A DNA stretch of 64,000 nt, from the NCBI GenBank assembly GCA_964016885.1, contig OZ024740.1, positions 22,258,001 through 22,322,000 on the forward strand. The letters run 5' to 3'. Positions 43,701 through 61,619 of the stretch are shown piece by piece. Position 1 is the first letter of the stretch. Every line of letters starts with the position of its first letter. The notes beneath the pieces were generated by a model, which was not told where the DNA came from, did not search any database, and saw nothing but the letters and a program-made list of their open reading frames with translations. This DNA comes from Eledone cirrhosa. Lineage: Eukaryota. The position numbers and the translations under genes were made by a program.

Positions 43701-46700
43701 CACAGCCCCACAATATCACACACACACCCACAATATCACACACAGCTCCACAATATCACACACAGCACCACAATTTCACACAGCTCCACAAAATCACACA
43801 CAGCCCCACAATATCACACACTATTCCATAGAATCACACACAGCTCCACAATATTACACACAGATCCACAATATCATACACATCTACACAATATCACACA
43901 CAGCTCTACAACATCACACACAACTCAACAATATCAAACACAGCCTCACAATATCACACACAGCTCCACAATATCACACACAGCTCCACAATATCACACA
44001 CAGGTCCACAATATCATACACTATTCCACAATATCACACACAGTCCCACAATATCACACACTATTCCACAATATCACACACAGCTCCACAATATCACACA
44101 CAGCCCCACAATATCACGCACAGCCCCACAATATCACACACAGCCCCACAATATCACACACAGATTCACAACATCAGACACAGCTCCACAATATCACACA
44201 CAGCCCCACAATATCACACACAGCTCCACAATATCACACACAGCCCCACAATATCACACACTGTTCCACAATATCAAACACAGCTCCACAATATCACACA
44301 CAGCTCCACAATATCACACACAGCCCCACAACATCACACACTATACCCCAATATCTCACACTATTCTACAATATCACACACAGCCTCACAATATCACACA
44401 CAGCCCCACAATATCACACACAGCTCCACAATATCACATACAGCTCCACAATATCGCACACAGACCCACAATATCACACACAGCTCCACAATAACACACA
44501 CAGCTCCACAATTTCACACAGCCCCACAATATCACACACATTTCCACAATATCACACACAGAGCCACAATATCACACACAGCTCAACAATATCACACACA
44601 GCCTCACAATATCACATACAGCTCCACAATATCACACACAGCTCAAAAATATCACACACAGATGCACAATATCACACACAGATCCACAATATCACACACA
44701 GCTGCACAATATCACACACAGCCCCACAGTATCACACACAGCTCTACAATATCACACACAGCACCACAATATCACACACAGCCCCACAATATCACACACT
44801 ATTCTACAATATCACACACTATTTTACAATATCACACACAGCCCCACAATATCACACACAGCCCCACAATACCACACACAGCTCCACAATATCACATACA
44901 GCTCCACAATATCACACACAGACACACAATATCACACACAGCTCCACAATAGCACACACAGCTCCACAATATCACACACTGGCCCACAATATCACACACT
45001 ATTCCACAATATCACACACAGCCCCACAATATCACACACTATTCCACAATATCACACACTATTTTACAATATCACACACAGCCTCACAATATCACATACA
45101 GCTCCACAATATCACACACAGCTCCACAATATCACACACAGCTCCACAATATCACACACTGGCCCACAATATCACACACTATTCCACAATATCACACACA
45201 GCCCCACAATATCACACACTATTCCACAATATCACACACTATTTTACAATATCACACACTGCCTCACAATATCACATACAGCTCCACAATATCACACACA
45301 GCTCCACAATATCACACACAGCTGCACAATATCACACACAGCCCCACAATATCACACACAGCCCCACAGTATCACACACATCTCTACAATATCAGACACA
45401 GCATCACAATATCACACACAGCCCCACAATATCACACACTATTTTACAATATCACACACAGCCCCATAATATCACACACAGCCCCACAATACCACACACA
45501 GCTCCACAATATCACATACAGCTCCACAATATCACACACAGACCACAATATCACACACAGACCACAATTTCACAGCCCCACAATATCATACACATCACCA
45601 CAATATCACACACAGCCCCACAATATCACACACGGCCCCACAATATCACACACAGCTCCACAATATCATACACAGTTGCACAATTTCACAGCACCACAAT
45701 ATCACACACATCACCACAATATCACACAGAGCCCCACAATATCACACACAGCTCCACAATATCACACACAGCCCCACAATATCACACACAGCTCCACAAT
45801 ATCACACACAGCTCCACAATAGCACACACAGCTCCACAATATCACACACAGCTCCACAAGTCACACACAGCTCCACAATATCACATGAAGCTCCACAATA
45901 TCACACCCAGGCCCACAATATCACACACTATTCCACAATATCACACACAGCCCCACAATATCACACACTATTCTACAAAATCACACACAGCTCCACAATA
46001 TCACACACAGCCCCACAATATCACACACAGCCCCACAATATCACACACAGCCTCACATATCACACGCAGCCCCACAATATCACACACAGCCCCACAATAT
46101 CACACACAGCTCTACAATATCACACACAGCTCCACAATATCACACACAGCACCTCAATATCACACACAGCTCCACAATATCACACACAGCCCCACAATAT
46201 CACACACACACCCACAATATCACACACAGCTCCACAATATCACACACAGCACCACAATTTCACACAGCTCCACAAAATCACACACAGCCCCACAATATCA
46301 CACACTATTCCATAGAATCACACACAGCTCCACAATATTACACACAGATCCACAATATCACACACATCTACACAATATCACACACAGCTCTACAACATCA
46401 CACACAACTCAACAATATCAAACACAGCCTCACAATATCACATACAGCTCCACAATATCACACACAGCTCCACAATATCACACACAGCTCCACAATATCA
46501 CACACAGGCCCACAATATCATACACTATTCCACAATATCACACACAGCCCCACAATATCACACACTATTCCACAATATCACACACAGCTCCACAATATCA
46601 CACACAGCCCCACAATATCACGCACAGCCACACAATATCACACACAGCCCCACAATATCACACACAGATTCACAACATCAGACACAGCTCCACAATATCA

Positions 46701-49700
46701 CACACAGCCGCACAATATCACACACAGCTCAACAATATCACACACAGCCTCACAATATCACATACAGCTCCACAATATCACACACAGCTCAAAAATATCA
46801 CATACAGATGCACAATATCACACACAGATCCACAACATCACACACAGCTGCACAATATCACACACAGCCCCACAAAATCACACACAGCCCTAAAGTATCA
46901 TACACAGCTCTACAATATCACACACAGCACCACAATATCACACACAGCCCCACAATATCACACACTATTCTACAATATCACACACTATTTTACAATATCA
47001 CACACAGCCCCACAATATCACACACAGCCCCACAATACCACACACAGCTCCACAATATCACATACAGCTCCACAATATCACACACAGACACACAATATCA
47101 CACACAGACCCACAATTTCACAGCCCCACAATATCACACACATCACCACAATATAACACACAGCCCCACAATATCACACACGGCCCCACAATATCACACA
47201 CAGCTCCACAATATCATACAGAGTTGCACAATTTCACAGCCCCACAATATCACACACATCACCACAATATAACACACAGCCCCACAATATCACACACAGC
47301 TCCACAATATCACACACAGCCCCACAATATCACACACAGCTCCACAATATCACACACAGCTCCACAATAGCACACACAGCTCCACAATATCACACACAGC
47401 TCCATAATGTCACACACAGCCCCACAATATCAAACGAAGCTCCACAATATCACACACAGGCCCACAATATCACACACTATTCCACAATATCACACACAGC
47501 CCCACAATATCACACACTATTCTACAATATCACACACAGGTCCACAATATCACACACAGCTCCACAATATCAGACACAGCTCCACAATAACACACACAGC
47601 GCCAAAATATCACACACAGCCCCACAATATCACACAGAGCCACACAATATCACACACAGCTCCACAATATCACACACAGCACCTCAATATCACACACTAT
47701 TCCACAATATCACACACAGCCCCACAATATCACACACAGCTCCACAATATCACACACAGCCCCACAATATCACACACAGCCCCACAATATCACACACAGC
47801 CCCACAATATCACACACAGCCCCACAATATCACACACAGCTCGACAATATCACACACAGCCCCACAATATCACACACACACCCACAATATCACACACAGC
47901 TCCACAATATCACACACAGCACCACAATTTCACACAGCTCCACAAAATCACACACAGCCCCACAATATCACACACTATTCCATAGAATCACACACAGCTC
48001 CACAATATTACACACAGCTCCACAATATCACACACAGCCCCACAATATCACACACAGCCCCACAATATTACACACAGCCCCACAATATCACACACAGCCC
48101 CACAATATCACAGACTATTCGACAATATCACACACAGCTCTACAATATCACACACAGCTCCACAATATCTCACCCAGTCCCACAATATCACACAGAGCTC
48201 CACAATATCACGCACAGCTCCACAATATCACACACAGCACCACAATATCACATACAGGACCACAATATCAAACACAGCCCCACAATATCACACACAGCTC
48301 CACAACATCACACACAGCTCCACAATATCACACACAGCTCCACAATATCACACACATCACCACAATATCACACACAGCTCCACAATGTCACACACAGCTC
48401 AAAAATATCACACCCAGGCCCGCAACATCACACACTATTCCACAATATCACACACTATTCTACAATATCACACACAGCCCCACAATATCACACACAGCCC
48501 CACAATATCACACACAGCTCCACAATATCACATACAGCTCCACAATATCTCACACAGGCCCACAATATCACACACAGCTCCACAATAACACACACAGCCC
48601 CACAATTTCAAACAGCTCCACAATATCACACACATTTCCACAATATCACACACAGCTCTACAATATAAAACACAGCTCAACAATATCACACACAGCTTCA
48701 CAATATCACATACACATCCACAATATCACACACAGCTCCACAATATCACACACAGCTGCACAATATCACACACAGATCCACAATATCACACACAGCTGCA
48801 CAATATCACACACAGCCCCACAATATCACACACAGCCCCACAGTATCACACACAGCTCTACAATATCACACACAGCACCACAATATCACACACAGCCCCA
48901 CAATATCACACACTATTCTACAATATAAAACACTATTTTACAATATCACACACAGACACACAATATCACACACAGACCCACAATTTCACAGCCCCACAAT
49001 ATCACACACATAACCACAATATCACACACAGCCCCACAATATCACACACGGCCCCACAATATCACACACAGCTCCACAATATCATACACAGTTGCACAAT
49101 TTCACAGACCCACAATATCACACACATCACCACAATATCACACACAGCCCCACAATATCACACACAGCTCCACAATATCACACACAGCCCCACAATATCA
49201 CACACAGCTCCACAATATCACACACAGCTCCACAATAGCACACACAGCTCCACAATATCACACACAGCTCCATAATGTCACACACAGCCCCACAATATCA
49301 AACGAAGCTCCACAATATCACACACAGGCCCACAATATCACACACTATTCCACAATATCACACACAGCCCCACAATATCACACACTATTCTACAATATCA
49401 CACACAGCTCCACAATATCACACACAGCTCCACAATATCACACACAGCCCCACAATATCACACACTATTCCACAATATCACACACAGCTCCACAATATCA
49501 CACACAGCCCACAATATCACACACAGCTCCACAATATCACACACAGCCCCACGATATCACACACAGATTCACAATATCAGACACAGCTCCACAATATCAC
49601 ACACAGCCCCACAATATCACACACATCACCACAATATCACACACAGCCCCACAATATCACACACGGCCCCACAATATCACACACAGCTCCACAATATCAT

Positions 49701-52700
49701 ACACAGTTGCACAATTTCACAGCACCACAATATCACACACATCACCACAATATCACACACAGCCCCACAATATCACACACAGCTCCACAATATCACACAC
49801 AGCCCCACAATATCACACACAGCTCCACAATGTCACACACAGCTCCACAATATCACACGAAGCTCCACAATATCACACACAGGCCCACAATATCACACAC
49901 TATTCCACAATATCACACACAGCCCCACAATATCACACACTATTCTACAATATCACACACAGCTCCACAATATCACACACAGCCCCACAATATCACACAC
50001 AGCCCCACAATATCACACACAGCCTCACATATCACACGCAGCCCCACAATATCACACACAGCCCAACAATATCACACACAGCTCCACAATATCACACACA
50101 GCTCCACAATATCACACACAGCCCCACAATATCACACACACACCCACAATATCACACACAGCTCCACAATATCACACACAGCACCACCATTTCACACAGC
50201 TCCACAAAATCACACACAGCCCCGCAATATCACACACTATTCCATAGAATCACACACAGCTCCACAATATTACACACAGCTCCACAATATCACACACATC
50301 TACACAATATCACACACAGCTCTACAACATCACACACAACTCAACAATATCAAACACAGCATCACAATATCACATACAGCTCCACAATATCACACACAGC
50401 CCCACAATATCACACACAGCTCCACAATATCTCACACAGGCCCACAATATCACACACTATTCCCCAATATCACACAGAGCCCCACAATATCACACACTAT
50501 TCCACAATATCACACACAGCTCCACAATATCACACACAGCCCCACAATATCACATACAGCTCCACAATATCACACACAGACCCACAATATCACACACAGA
50601 TTCACAACATCAGACACAGCTCCACAATATAGCACACAGCCCCACAATATCACACACAGCTCCACAATATCACACACAGCCCCACAATATCACACACAGC
50701 TCCACAATATCAACACAGCTCCGCAATATCACACACAGCTCAACAATATCACACACAGCTCCACAATATCACACACAGTTCCACAATATCACACACAGGC
50801 CCACAATATCACACACTATTCCACAATATCACACACAGCCCCACAATATCACACACTATTCCACAATATCACACACTATTTTACAATATCACACACAGCC
50901 TCACAATAGCACATACAGCTCCACAATATCACACACAGCTCCACAATATCACACACAGCTGCACAATATCACACACAGATCCACAATATCATAGACAACT
51001 GCACAATATCACACACAGCCCCACAATATCACACACAGACCCACAGTATCACACACAGCTCTACAATATCACACACAGCATCACAATATCACACACAGCC
51101 CCACAATATCACACACTATTTTACAATAACACACACAGCCCCACAATATCACACACAGCCCCACAATACCACACACAGCTCCACAACAGCACATACAGCT
51201 CCACAATATTACACACAGACCCACAATATCAAACACAGACCACAATTTCACAGCCCCACAATATCACACACATCACCACAATATCACACACAGCCCCACA
51301 ATATCACACACGGCCACACCATATCACAAACAGCTCCACAATATCACACACAGCACCACAATATCACACACAGCCCCACAATATCACACACTATTCTACA
51401 ATATCACACACTATTTTACAATATCACACACAGCCCCACAATATCACACACAGCCCCACAATACCACACACAGCTCCACAATATCACATACAGCTCCACA
51501 ATATCACACACAGACACACAATATCACACACAGACCCACAATTTCACAGCCCCACAATATCACACACATCACCACAATATAACACACAGCCCCACAATAT
51601 CACACACGGCCCCACAATATCACACACAGCTCCACAATATCATACAGAGTTGCACAATTTCACAGCCCCACAATATCACACACATCACCACAATATAACA
51701 CACAGCCCCACAATATCACACACAGCTCCACAATATCACACAAAGCCCCACAATATCACACACAGCTCCACAATATCACACACAGCTCCACAATAGCACA
51801 CACAGCTCCACAATATCACACACAGCTCCATAATGTCACACACAGCCCCACAATATCAAACGAAGCTCCACAATATCACACACAGGCCCACAATATCACA
51901 CACTATTCCACAATATCACACACAGCCCCACAATATCACACACTATTCTACAATATCACACACAGGTCCACAATATCACACACAGCCCCACAATATCACA
52001 CACAGCTCCACAATATCACACACAGCCCCACAATTTCACACACAGCTCCACAATATCAGACACAGCTCCACAATAACACACACAGCGCCAAAATATCACA
52101 CACAGCCCCACAATATCACACAGAGCCACACAATATCACACACAGCTCCACAATATCACACACAGCTCCACAATATCACACACATCACCTCAATATCACA
52201 CACTATTCCACAATATCACACACAGCCCCACAATATCACACACAGCTCCACAATATCACACACAGCCCCACAATATCACACACAGCCCCACAATATCACA
52301 CACAGCCCCACAATATCACACACAGCCCCACAATATCACACACAGCTCGACAATATCACACACAGCCCCACAATATCACACACACACCCACAATATCACA
52401 CACAGCTCCACAATATCACACACAGCACCACAATTTCACACAGCTCCACAAAATCACACACAGCCCCACAATATCACACACTATTCCATAGAATCACACA
52501 CAGCTCCACAATATTACACACAGCTCCACAATATCACACACAGCCCCACAATATCACACACAGCCCCACAATATTACACACAGCCCCACAATATCACACA
52601 CAGCCCCACAATATCATAGACTATTCGACAATATCACACACAGCTCTACAATATCACACACAGCTCCACAATATCTCACCCAGTCCCACAATATCACACA

Positions 52701-55700
52701 GAGCTCCACAATATCACGCACAGCTCCACAATATCACACACAGCACCACAATATCACATACAGGACCACAATATCACACACAGCTCCACAACATCACACA
52801 CAGCTCCACAATATCACACACAGCTCCACAATATCACACACAGATCCACAATATCACACACAACTCCACAATGTCACACACAGCTCAAAAATATCACACC
52901 CAGGCCCGCAACATCACACACTATTCCACAATATCACACACTATTCTACAATATCACACACAGCCCCACAATATCACACACAGCCCCACAATATCACACA
53001 CAGCTCCACAATATCACATACAGCTCCACAATATCTCACACAGGCCCACAATATCACACACAGCTCCACAATAACACACACAGCCCCACAATTTCACACA
53101 GCTCCACAATATCACACACATTTCCACAATATCACACACAGCTCTACAATATAAAACACAGCTCAACAATATCACACACAGCCTCACAATATCACATACA
53201 GATCCACAATATCACACACAGCTCCACAATATCACACCCAGCTGCACAATATCACACACAGATCCACAATATCACACACAGCTGCACAATATCACACACA
53301 GCCCCACAATATCACACACAGCCCACAGTATCACACACAGCTCTACAATATCACACACAGCACCACAATATCACACACAGCCCCACAATATCACACACTA
53401 TTCTACAATATCAAACACTATTTTACAATATCACACACAGACACACAATATCACACACAGACCCACAATTTCACAGCCCCACAATATCACACACATCACC
53501 ACAATATCACACACAGCCCCACAATATCACACACGGCCCCACAATATCACACACAGCTCCACAATATCATACACAGTTGCACAATTTCACAGACCCACAA
53601 TATCACACACATCACCACAATATCACACACAGCCCCACAATATCACACACAGCTCCACAATATCACACACAGCCCCACAATATCACACACAGCTCCACAA
53701 TAGCACACACAGCTCCACAATATCACACACAGCTCCATAATGTCACACACAGCCCCACAATATCAAACGAAGCTCCACAATATCACACACAGGCCCACAA
53801 TATCACACACTATTCCACAATATCACACACAGCCCCACAATATCACACACTATTCTACAATATCACACACAGGTCCACAATATCACACACAGCCCCACAA
53901 TATCACACACAGCTCCACAATATCACACACAGCCCCACAATATCACACACAGCTCCACAATATCAGACACAGCTCCACAATAACACACACAGCGCCACAA
54001 TATCACACACAGCTCCACAATATCACACACAGCCTCACATATCACACACAGCCCCACAATATCACACACAGCTCCACAATATCACACACAGCTCCACAAT
54101 ATCACACACAGCACCTCAATATCACACACTATTCCACAATATCACACACAGCCCCACAATATCAAACACAGCTCCACAATATCACACACAGCCCCACAAT
54201 ATCACACACATCCCCACAATATCACACACAGCCCCACAATATCACACACAGCCCCACAATATAACACACAGCTCGACAATATCACACACAGCCCCACAAT
54301 ATCACACACACACCCACAATATCACACACAGCTCCACAATATCACACACAGCACCACAATTTCACACAGCTCCACAAAATCACACACAGCCCCACAATAT
54401 CACACACTATTCCATAGAATCACACACAGCTCCACAATATTACACACAGCTCCACAATATCACACGCAGCCCCACAATATCACACACAGCCCCACAATAT
54501 TACACACAGCCCCACAATATCACACACAGCCCCACAATATCACAGAGTATTCGACAATATCACACACAGCTCTACAATATCACACACAGCTCCACAATAT
54601 CACACGCAGCCCCACAATATCTCACCCAGTCCCAAAATATCACACAGAGCTCCACAATATCACGCACAGATCCACAATATCACACACAGCACCACAATAT
54701 CACACACAGGCCCACAATATCAAACACAGCCCCACAATATCACACACAGCTCCACAACATCACACACAGCTCCACAATATCACACACAGCTCCACAATAT
54801 CACACAGAGATCCACACTATCACACACAGCTCCACAATGTCACACACAGGCCCACAATATCACAGACAGGCCCACAATATCACACGCTATATCACAATAT
54901 CACACACAGCCCCACAATAACACACACTATTCCACAATATCACGCACTATTCCATATTATCAGACACAGCTCCACAATATCACACACAGACCCACAATAT
55001 CACACACAGCCCCACAATATCACACACAGCCCCACAATATTACACACAGCCCCACAATATCAAACACAGCCCCACAATATCACACACTATTCGACAATAT
55101 CACACACAGCTCTACAATATTACACACATCTCCACAATAACACACCCAGTCCCACAATATCACACACAGCTCCACAATATCACACACAGCGCCACAATAT
55201 CACACACAGCTCCACAATATCACACACAGCCCCACAATATCACACACAGCTCCGCAATATCACACACAGCTCCACAATATCACACACAGACCCACAATAT
55301 CACATACAGCTCCACAATATCACACACAGTCCCACAATATCACACACTATTCCACAATATTACACACAGCCCCGCAATAACACACACATCCCCACAATAT
55401 CACACACTACTCCACAATATCACACACAGCTCCACAATATCACATACAGCTCCACAATATCGCACACAGACCCACAATATCACACACAGCTCCACAATAA
55501 CACACACAGCTCCACAATTTCACACAGACCCACAATATCACATACATCTCCACAATATCACACACAGCCCCACAATATCACAAACAGCTCCGCAGTATCA
55601 CACACAGATCCACAATATCACACACAGCTCCACAATATCACACACAGCCCCACAATATCACACACAGACCCACAGTATCACACACAGTTCTACAATATCA

Positions 55701-58700
55701 CACACAGCTCCACAATATCACACACAGCCCCACAATATCACACACTATTCTACAATATCACACACTATTCTACAATATCACACACAGCCCCACAATATCA
55801 CACACAGCCCCACAATATCACACACAGCTCCACAATATCACATACAGCTCCAAAATATCACACACAGACCCACAATATCACACACAGCACCACAATTTCA
55901 CAGCCCGACAAAATCACACAGATCACCACAATATCACACACAGCCCCACAATATCACACAAGGCCCTACAATATCACACACAGCTCCACAATATCACACA
56001 CAGTTGCACAATTTCACAGCCCCACAATATCACACACATCACCACAATATTATACAGCCCCACAATATCACACACAGCCCCACAATATCACACACAGCCC
56101 CACAATATCACACACAGCTCCACAATATCACACACAGCTCCACAATATCACACACAGCTCCACAATATCACACACAGCTCCACAATGTCACACACAGCTC
56201 CACAATATCACACACAGCTCCACAATATCACACACAGGCCCACAATATCACACACTATTCCACAATATTACACACAGCTCACAATATCACACACAGCCCC
56301 ACAATATCACACACAGCTTCACAATATGACACACAGCCCCACAATATCACACACAGCACCACAATATCAGACACAGCTAGACAATATCACACACAGACCC
56401 ACAATATCACACACAGCCCCACAATATCACACACAGACTCACATATCACACACAGCCCCACAATATCACTCACAGCCCCACAATATCACACACAGCTCCA
56501 CAATATCACACACAGCTCCACAATATCACACACAGCACCTCAATATCACACACTATTCCACAATATCACACACAGCCCCACAATATCACACATAGCTCCA
56601 CAATATCACACACAGCTCCACAATATCACACACAGCGCCACAATATCACACACAGCCCCGCAATATCACACACAGCTCCAAAATATCACACACAACCCCA
56701 CAATATCACACACACACCCACAATATCACAGACAGCTCCACAATATCACACACAGCACCACAATTTCACACAGCTCCACAAAACCACACATAGCCCCACA
56801 ATATCACACACTATTCCATAGTATCACACACAGCTCCACAATATCACACAGAGCTCCACAATATCACACACAGCCCCACAATATCACACACAGCCCTACA
56901 ATATTACACACAGCCTCACAATATCACACACAGCCCCACAATATCACACACAGCCCCACAATATCACACACAGCTCCACAATATCACACACAGATCCACA
57001 ATATCACACACAGCTCCACAATGTCACACACAGCTCCACAATATCACACACAGCCCCACAATATCACACACTATATCACAATATCACACACAACCCCACA
57101 AAATCAAACACTATTCCACAATATCACACACTATTCCATAGTATCAGACACAGCTCCACAATATCACACACAGCTCCACAATATCACACACAGCCCCACA
57201 ATATCACACACAGCCCCACAATATTACACACAGCCCCACAATATCACACACAGCCCCACAATATCACACACTATTCGACAATATCACACACAGCTCTACA
57301 ATATCACACACATCTCCACAATATCACACCCAGTCCCACAATATCACACACAGCCCCACAATATGACACACAGCGCCACAATATCACACACAGCACCACA
57401 ATATCACACACAGCTCCACAATATCACACACAGCCCCACAATATCAGACACAGCCCCACAATATCACACACAGCTCCGCAATATCACACACAGCTCCACA
57501 ATATCACACACAGACCCACATATCACATACAGCTCCACAATATCACACACAGATCCACAATATCACACACAGCCCCACAATATCACACACTATTCCACAA
57601 TATCACACACAGCTCCACAATATCACACACAGCTCCACAATATCACACCCAGCCCCACAACATCACACACTATTCCACAATATCACACACTATTCTACAA
57701 TATCACACACAGCCCCACAATATCACACACAGCCTCACAATATCTCACACAACTCCACAATATCACACACAGCTCCACAATTTCACACAGCCCCACAATA
57801 TCACACATATCACCACAATATCACACACAGCTCTACAATATCACACACAGCTCAACAATATCACACACATCTCCACAATATCACACACAGCTCTACAACA
57901 TCACACACAGCTCAACAATATCACACACAGCTCCACAATATCACACACAGGCCCACAATATCACACACAACTCCACAATATAACACACAGCCCCACAATA
58001 TCACACACTATTCCACAATATCACACACAGCTCCACAATATCACACACAGCCCCACAATATCACACACAGCTCCACAATATCACACACAGCTCCACAATA
58101 TCACACACAGATTCACAATATCAGACACAGCTCCACAATATCACACACAGCTCCACAATATCACACACTGTTCCACAATATCACACACAGCTCCACAATA
58201 TCACACACAGCTCCACAATATCACACACAACCCCACAACATCACACACTATTCCCCAATATCACACACTATTCTACAATATCACACACAGCCCCACAATA
58301 TCACACACAGCCCCACAATATCACACACAGCTCCACAATATCACATACAGCACCACAATATCGCACACAGACCCACAATATCACACACAGCTCCACAATA
58401 ACACACACAGCTCCACAATTTCACACAGCCCCACAATATCACACACATCTCCACAATATCACACACAGCCCCACAATATCACACACAGCTCAACAATATC
58501 ATACCCAGCCTCACAATATCACATACAGCTCCACAATATCGCACACAGCTCCACAATATCACACCCAGCCCCGCAACATCACGCACTATTCCACAATATC
58601 ACACACAGCTCCACAATATCACACACAGCCCCACAATATCACACACAGCTCCACAATATCACATACAGCTCCACAATATCGCACACAGACACACAATATC

Positions 58701-61619
58701 ACACACAGCTCCACAATAACACACACAGCCCCACAATTTCACACAGCCCCACAATATCACACACATCTCCACAATATCACACACAGCTGCACAATATCAC
58801 ACACAGCCCCACAATAACACACACAGCACCACAGTATCACACACAGCTCTACAATATCACACACAGCACCACAATATCACACACAGCCCCACAATATCAC
58901 ACACTATTCTACAATATCACACACTATTCTACAATATCACACACAGCCCCACAATATCACACATAGCCCCAAAATATCACACACAGCTCCACAATATCAC
59001 ATACAGCTCCACAATATCACACACAGACCCACAATATCACACACAGACCCACAATTTCACAGCCCCACAATATCACACACATCACCACAATATCACACAC
59101 AGCCCCACAATATCACACACGGCCCCACAATATCACACACAGCTCCACAATATCATACACAGTTGCACAATTTCACAGCCCCACAATATCACACACATCA
59201 CCACAATATTACACACAGCCCCACAATATCACACACAGCTCCACAATATCACACACAGTCCCACAATATCACACACAGCTCCACAATATCACACACAGCT
59301 CCACAATATCACACACAGCTCCACAATATCACACACAGCTCCACAATGTCACACACAGCTCCACAATATCACACACAGCTCTACAATATCACACACAGTC
59401 CCACAATATCACACACTATTCCACAATATCACACACAGCCCCACAATATCACACACTATTCTACAATATCACACAAAGCTCCACAATATCACACACAGCC
59501 CCACAATATCACACACAGCTCCACAATATCACACACAGCCCCACAATATCACACACAGCTCCACAATATCAGACACAGCTCCACAATATCACACTCAGCG
59601 CCACAATATCACACAGCCCCACAATATCACACACAGCCTCACATATCACACACAGCCACACAATATCACACACAGCCCCACAATATCACACACAGCTCCA
59701 CAATATCACACACAGCTCCACAATATCACACACAGGACCTCAATATCACACACTATTCCACAATATCACAGACAGCCCCACGATATCACACACAGCTCCA
59801 CAATATCACACGCAGCTCCACAATATCACACACAGCCCCACAATATCACACACAGCCCCACAATATCACACACAGACCCACAATATCACACACAGCCCCA
59901 CAATATCACACACAGCCCCACAAAATCACACACACACCCACAATATCACACACAGCCCCACAATATCACACACAGCACCACAATTTCACACAGCTCCACA
60001 AAATCATACACAGCTCCACAATATCTCACCCAGTCCCACAATATCACACACAGCTCCACAATATCACGCACAGCGCCACAATATCACACACAGCACCACA
60101 ATATCATACACAGGCCCATAATATCACACACAGCCCCACAATATCACACACAGCTCCACAACATTACACACAGCTCCACAATATCACACACAGCTCCACA
60201 ATGTCATACACAGCTCCACAATATCACACACGCCCACAATATCACACACAGGCCCACAATATCACACACTATATCTCAATATCACACACAGCCCCACAAT
60301 ATCACACACTATTCCACAATATCACACACTATTCCATATTATCTGACACAGCTCCACAATATCACACACAGACCTACAATATCACACACAGCCCCACAAT
60401 ATCACACACAGCCCCACAATATTACACACAGCCCACAATATCACACACAGCCCCACAATATCACACATTATTCGACAATATCACACACAGCACTACAATA
60501 TCACACACAGCTCCACAATATCACACCGAGTCCCAAAATATCACACACAGCCCCACAATATCACACACAGCTCCACAATATCACACACAGTACCACAATA
60601 TCACACACAACTCCACAATATCACACACAGTCCCACAATATCACACACAGCCCCACAATATCACACACAGCTCCGCAATATCACACACAGCTACACAATA
60701 TCACACACAGACCCAAAATATCATATACAGCTCCACAATATCACACACAGCCCCACAATATCACACACTATTCCACAATATCACACACTATTCTACAATA
60801 TCACACACAGCCCCACAATATCACACACAGCCCCACAATATCACACACTATTCCACAATATCACACACAGCCCCACAATATCACACACAGCTCCACAATA
60901 TCACACCGAGTCCCACAATATCACACACAGCCCCACAATATCACACACAGCGCCACAATATCACACACAGTACCACAATATCACACACAACTCCACAATA
61001 TCACACCGAGTCCCACAATATCACACACAGCCCCACAATATCACACACAGCGCCACAATATCACACACAGTACCACAATATCACACACAGCTCCGCAATA
61101 TCACACACAGCCCCACAATATCACACACAGCCCCACAATATCACACACTATTCCACAATATCACACACAGCCCCACAATATCACACACAGACCCACAGTA
61201 TCACACACAGCTCCACAATATCACACACAGACCCACAATATCACACACAGCCCCACTATATCACTCACAGCCCCACAATATCACACACAGCCCCACAACA
61301 TCACACACAGCCCCACAATATCACACACAGATCCACAATATCACACACAGCCCCACAATATCACACACAGCCCCACAATATCACACACTATTCCACAATA
61401 TCACACACTATTCTACAATATCACACACAGCCCCCACAATATCACACACAGCCCCACAATATCACACACAGTTCCGCAATATCACACACAGCTCCACAAT
61501 ACCACACACAGACCCACAATATCACACACAGCCCCACAATATCACACACAGCCCCACAATATCACACACAGCCCCACAATATCACACACAGCCCCACAAT
61601 ATCACACACAGCTCCACAA

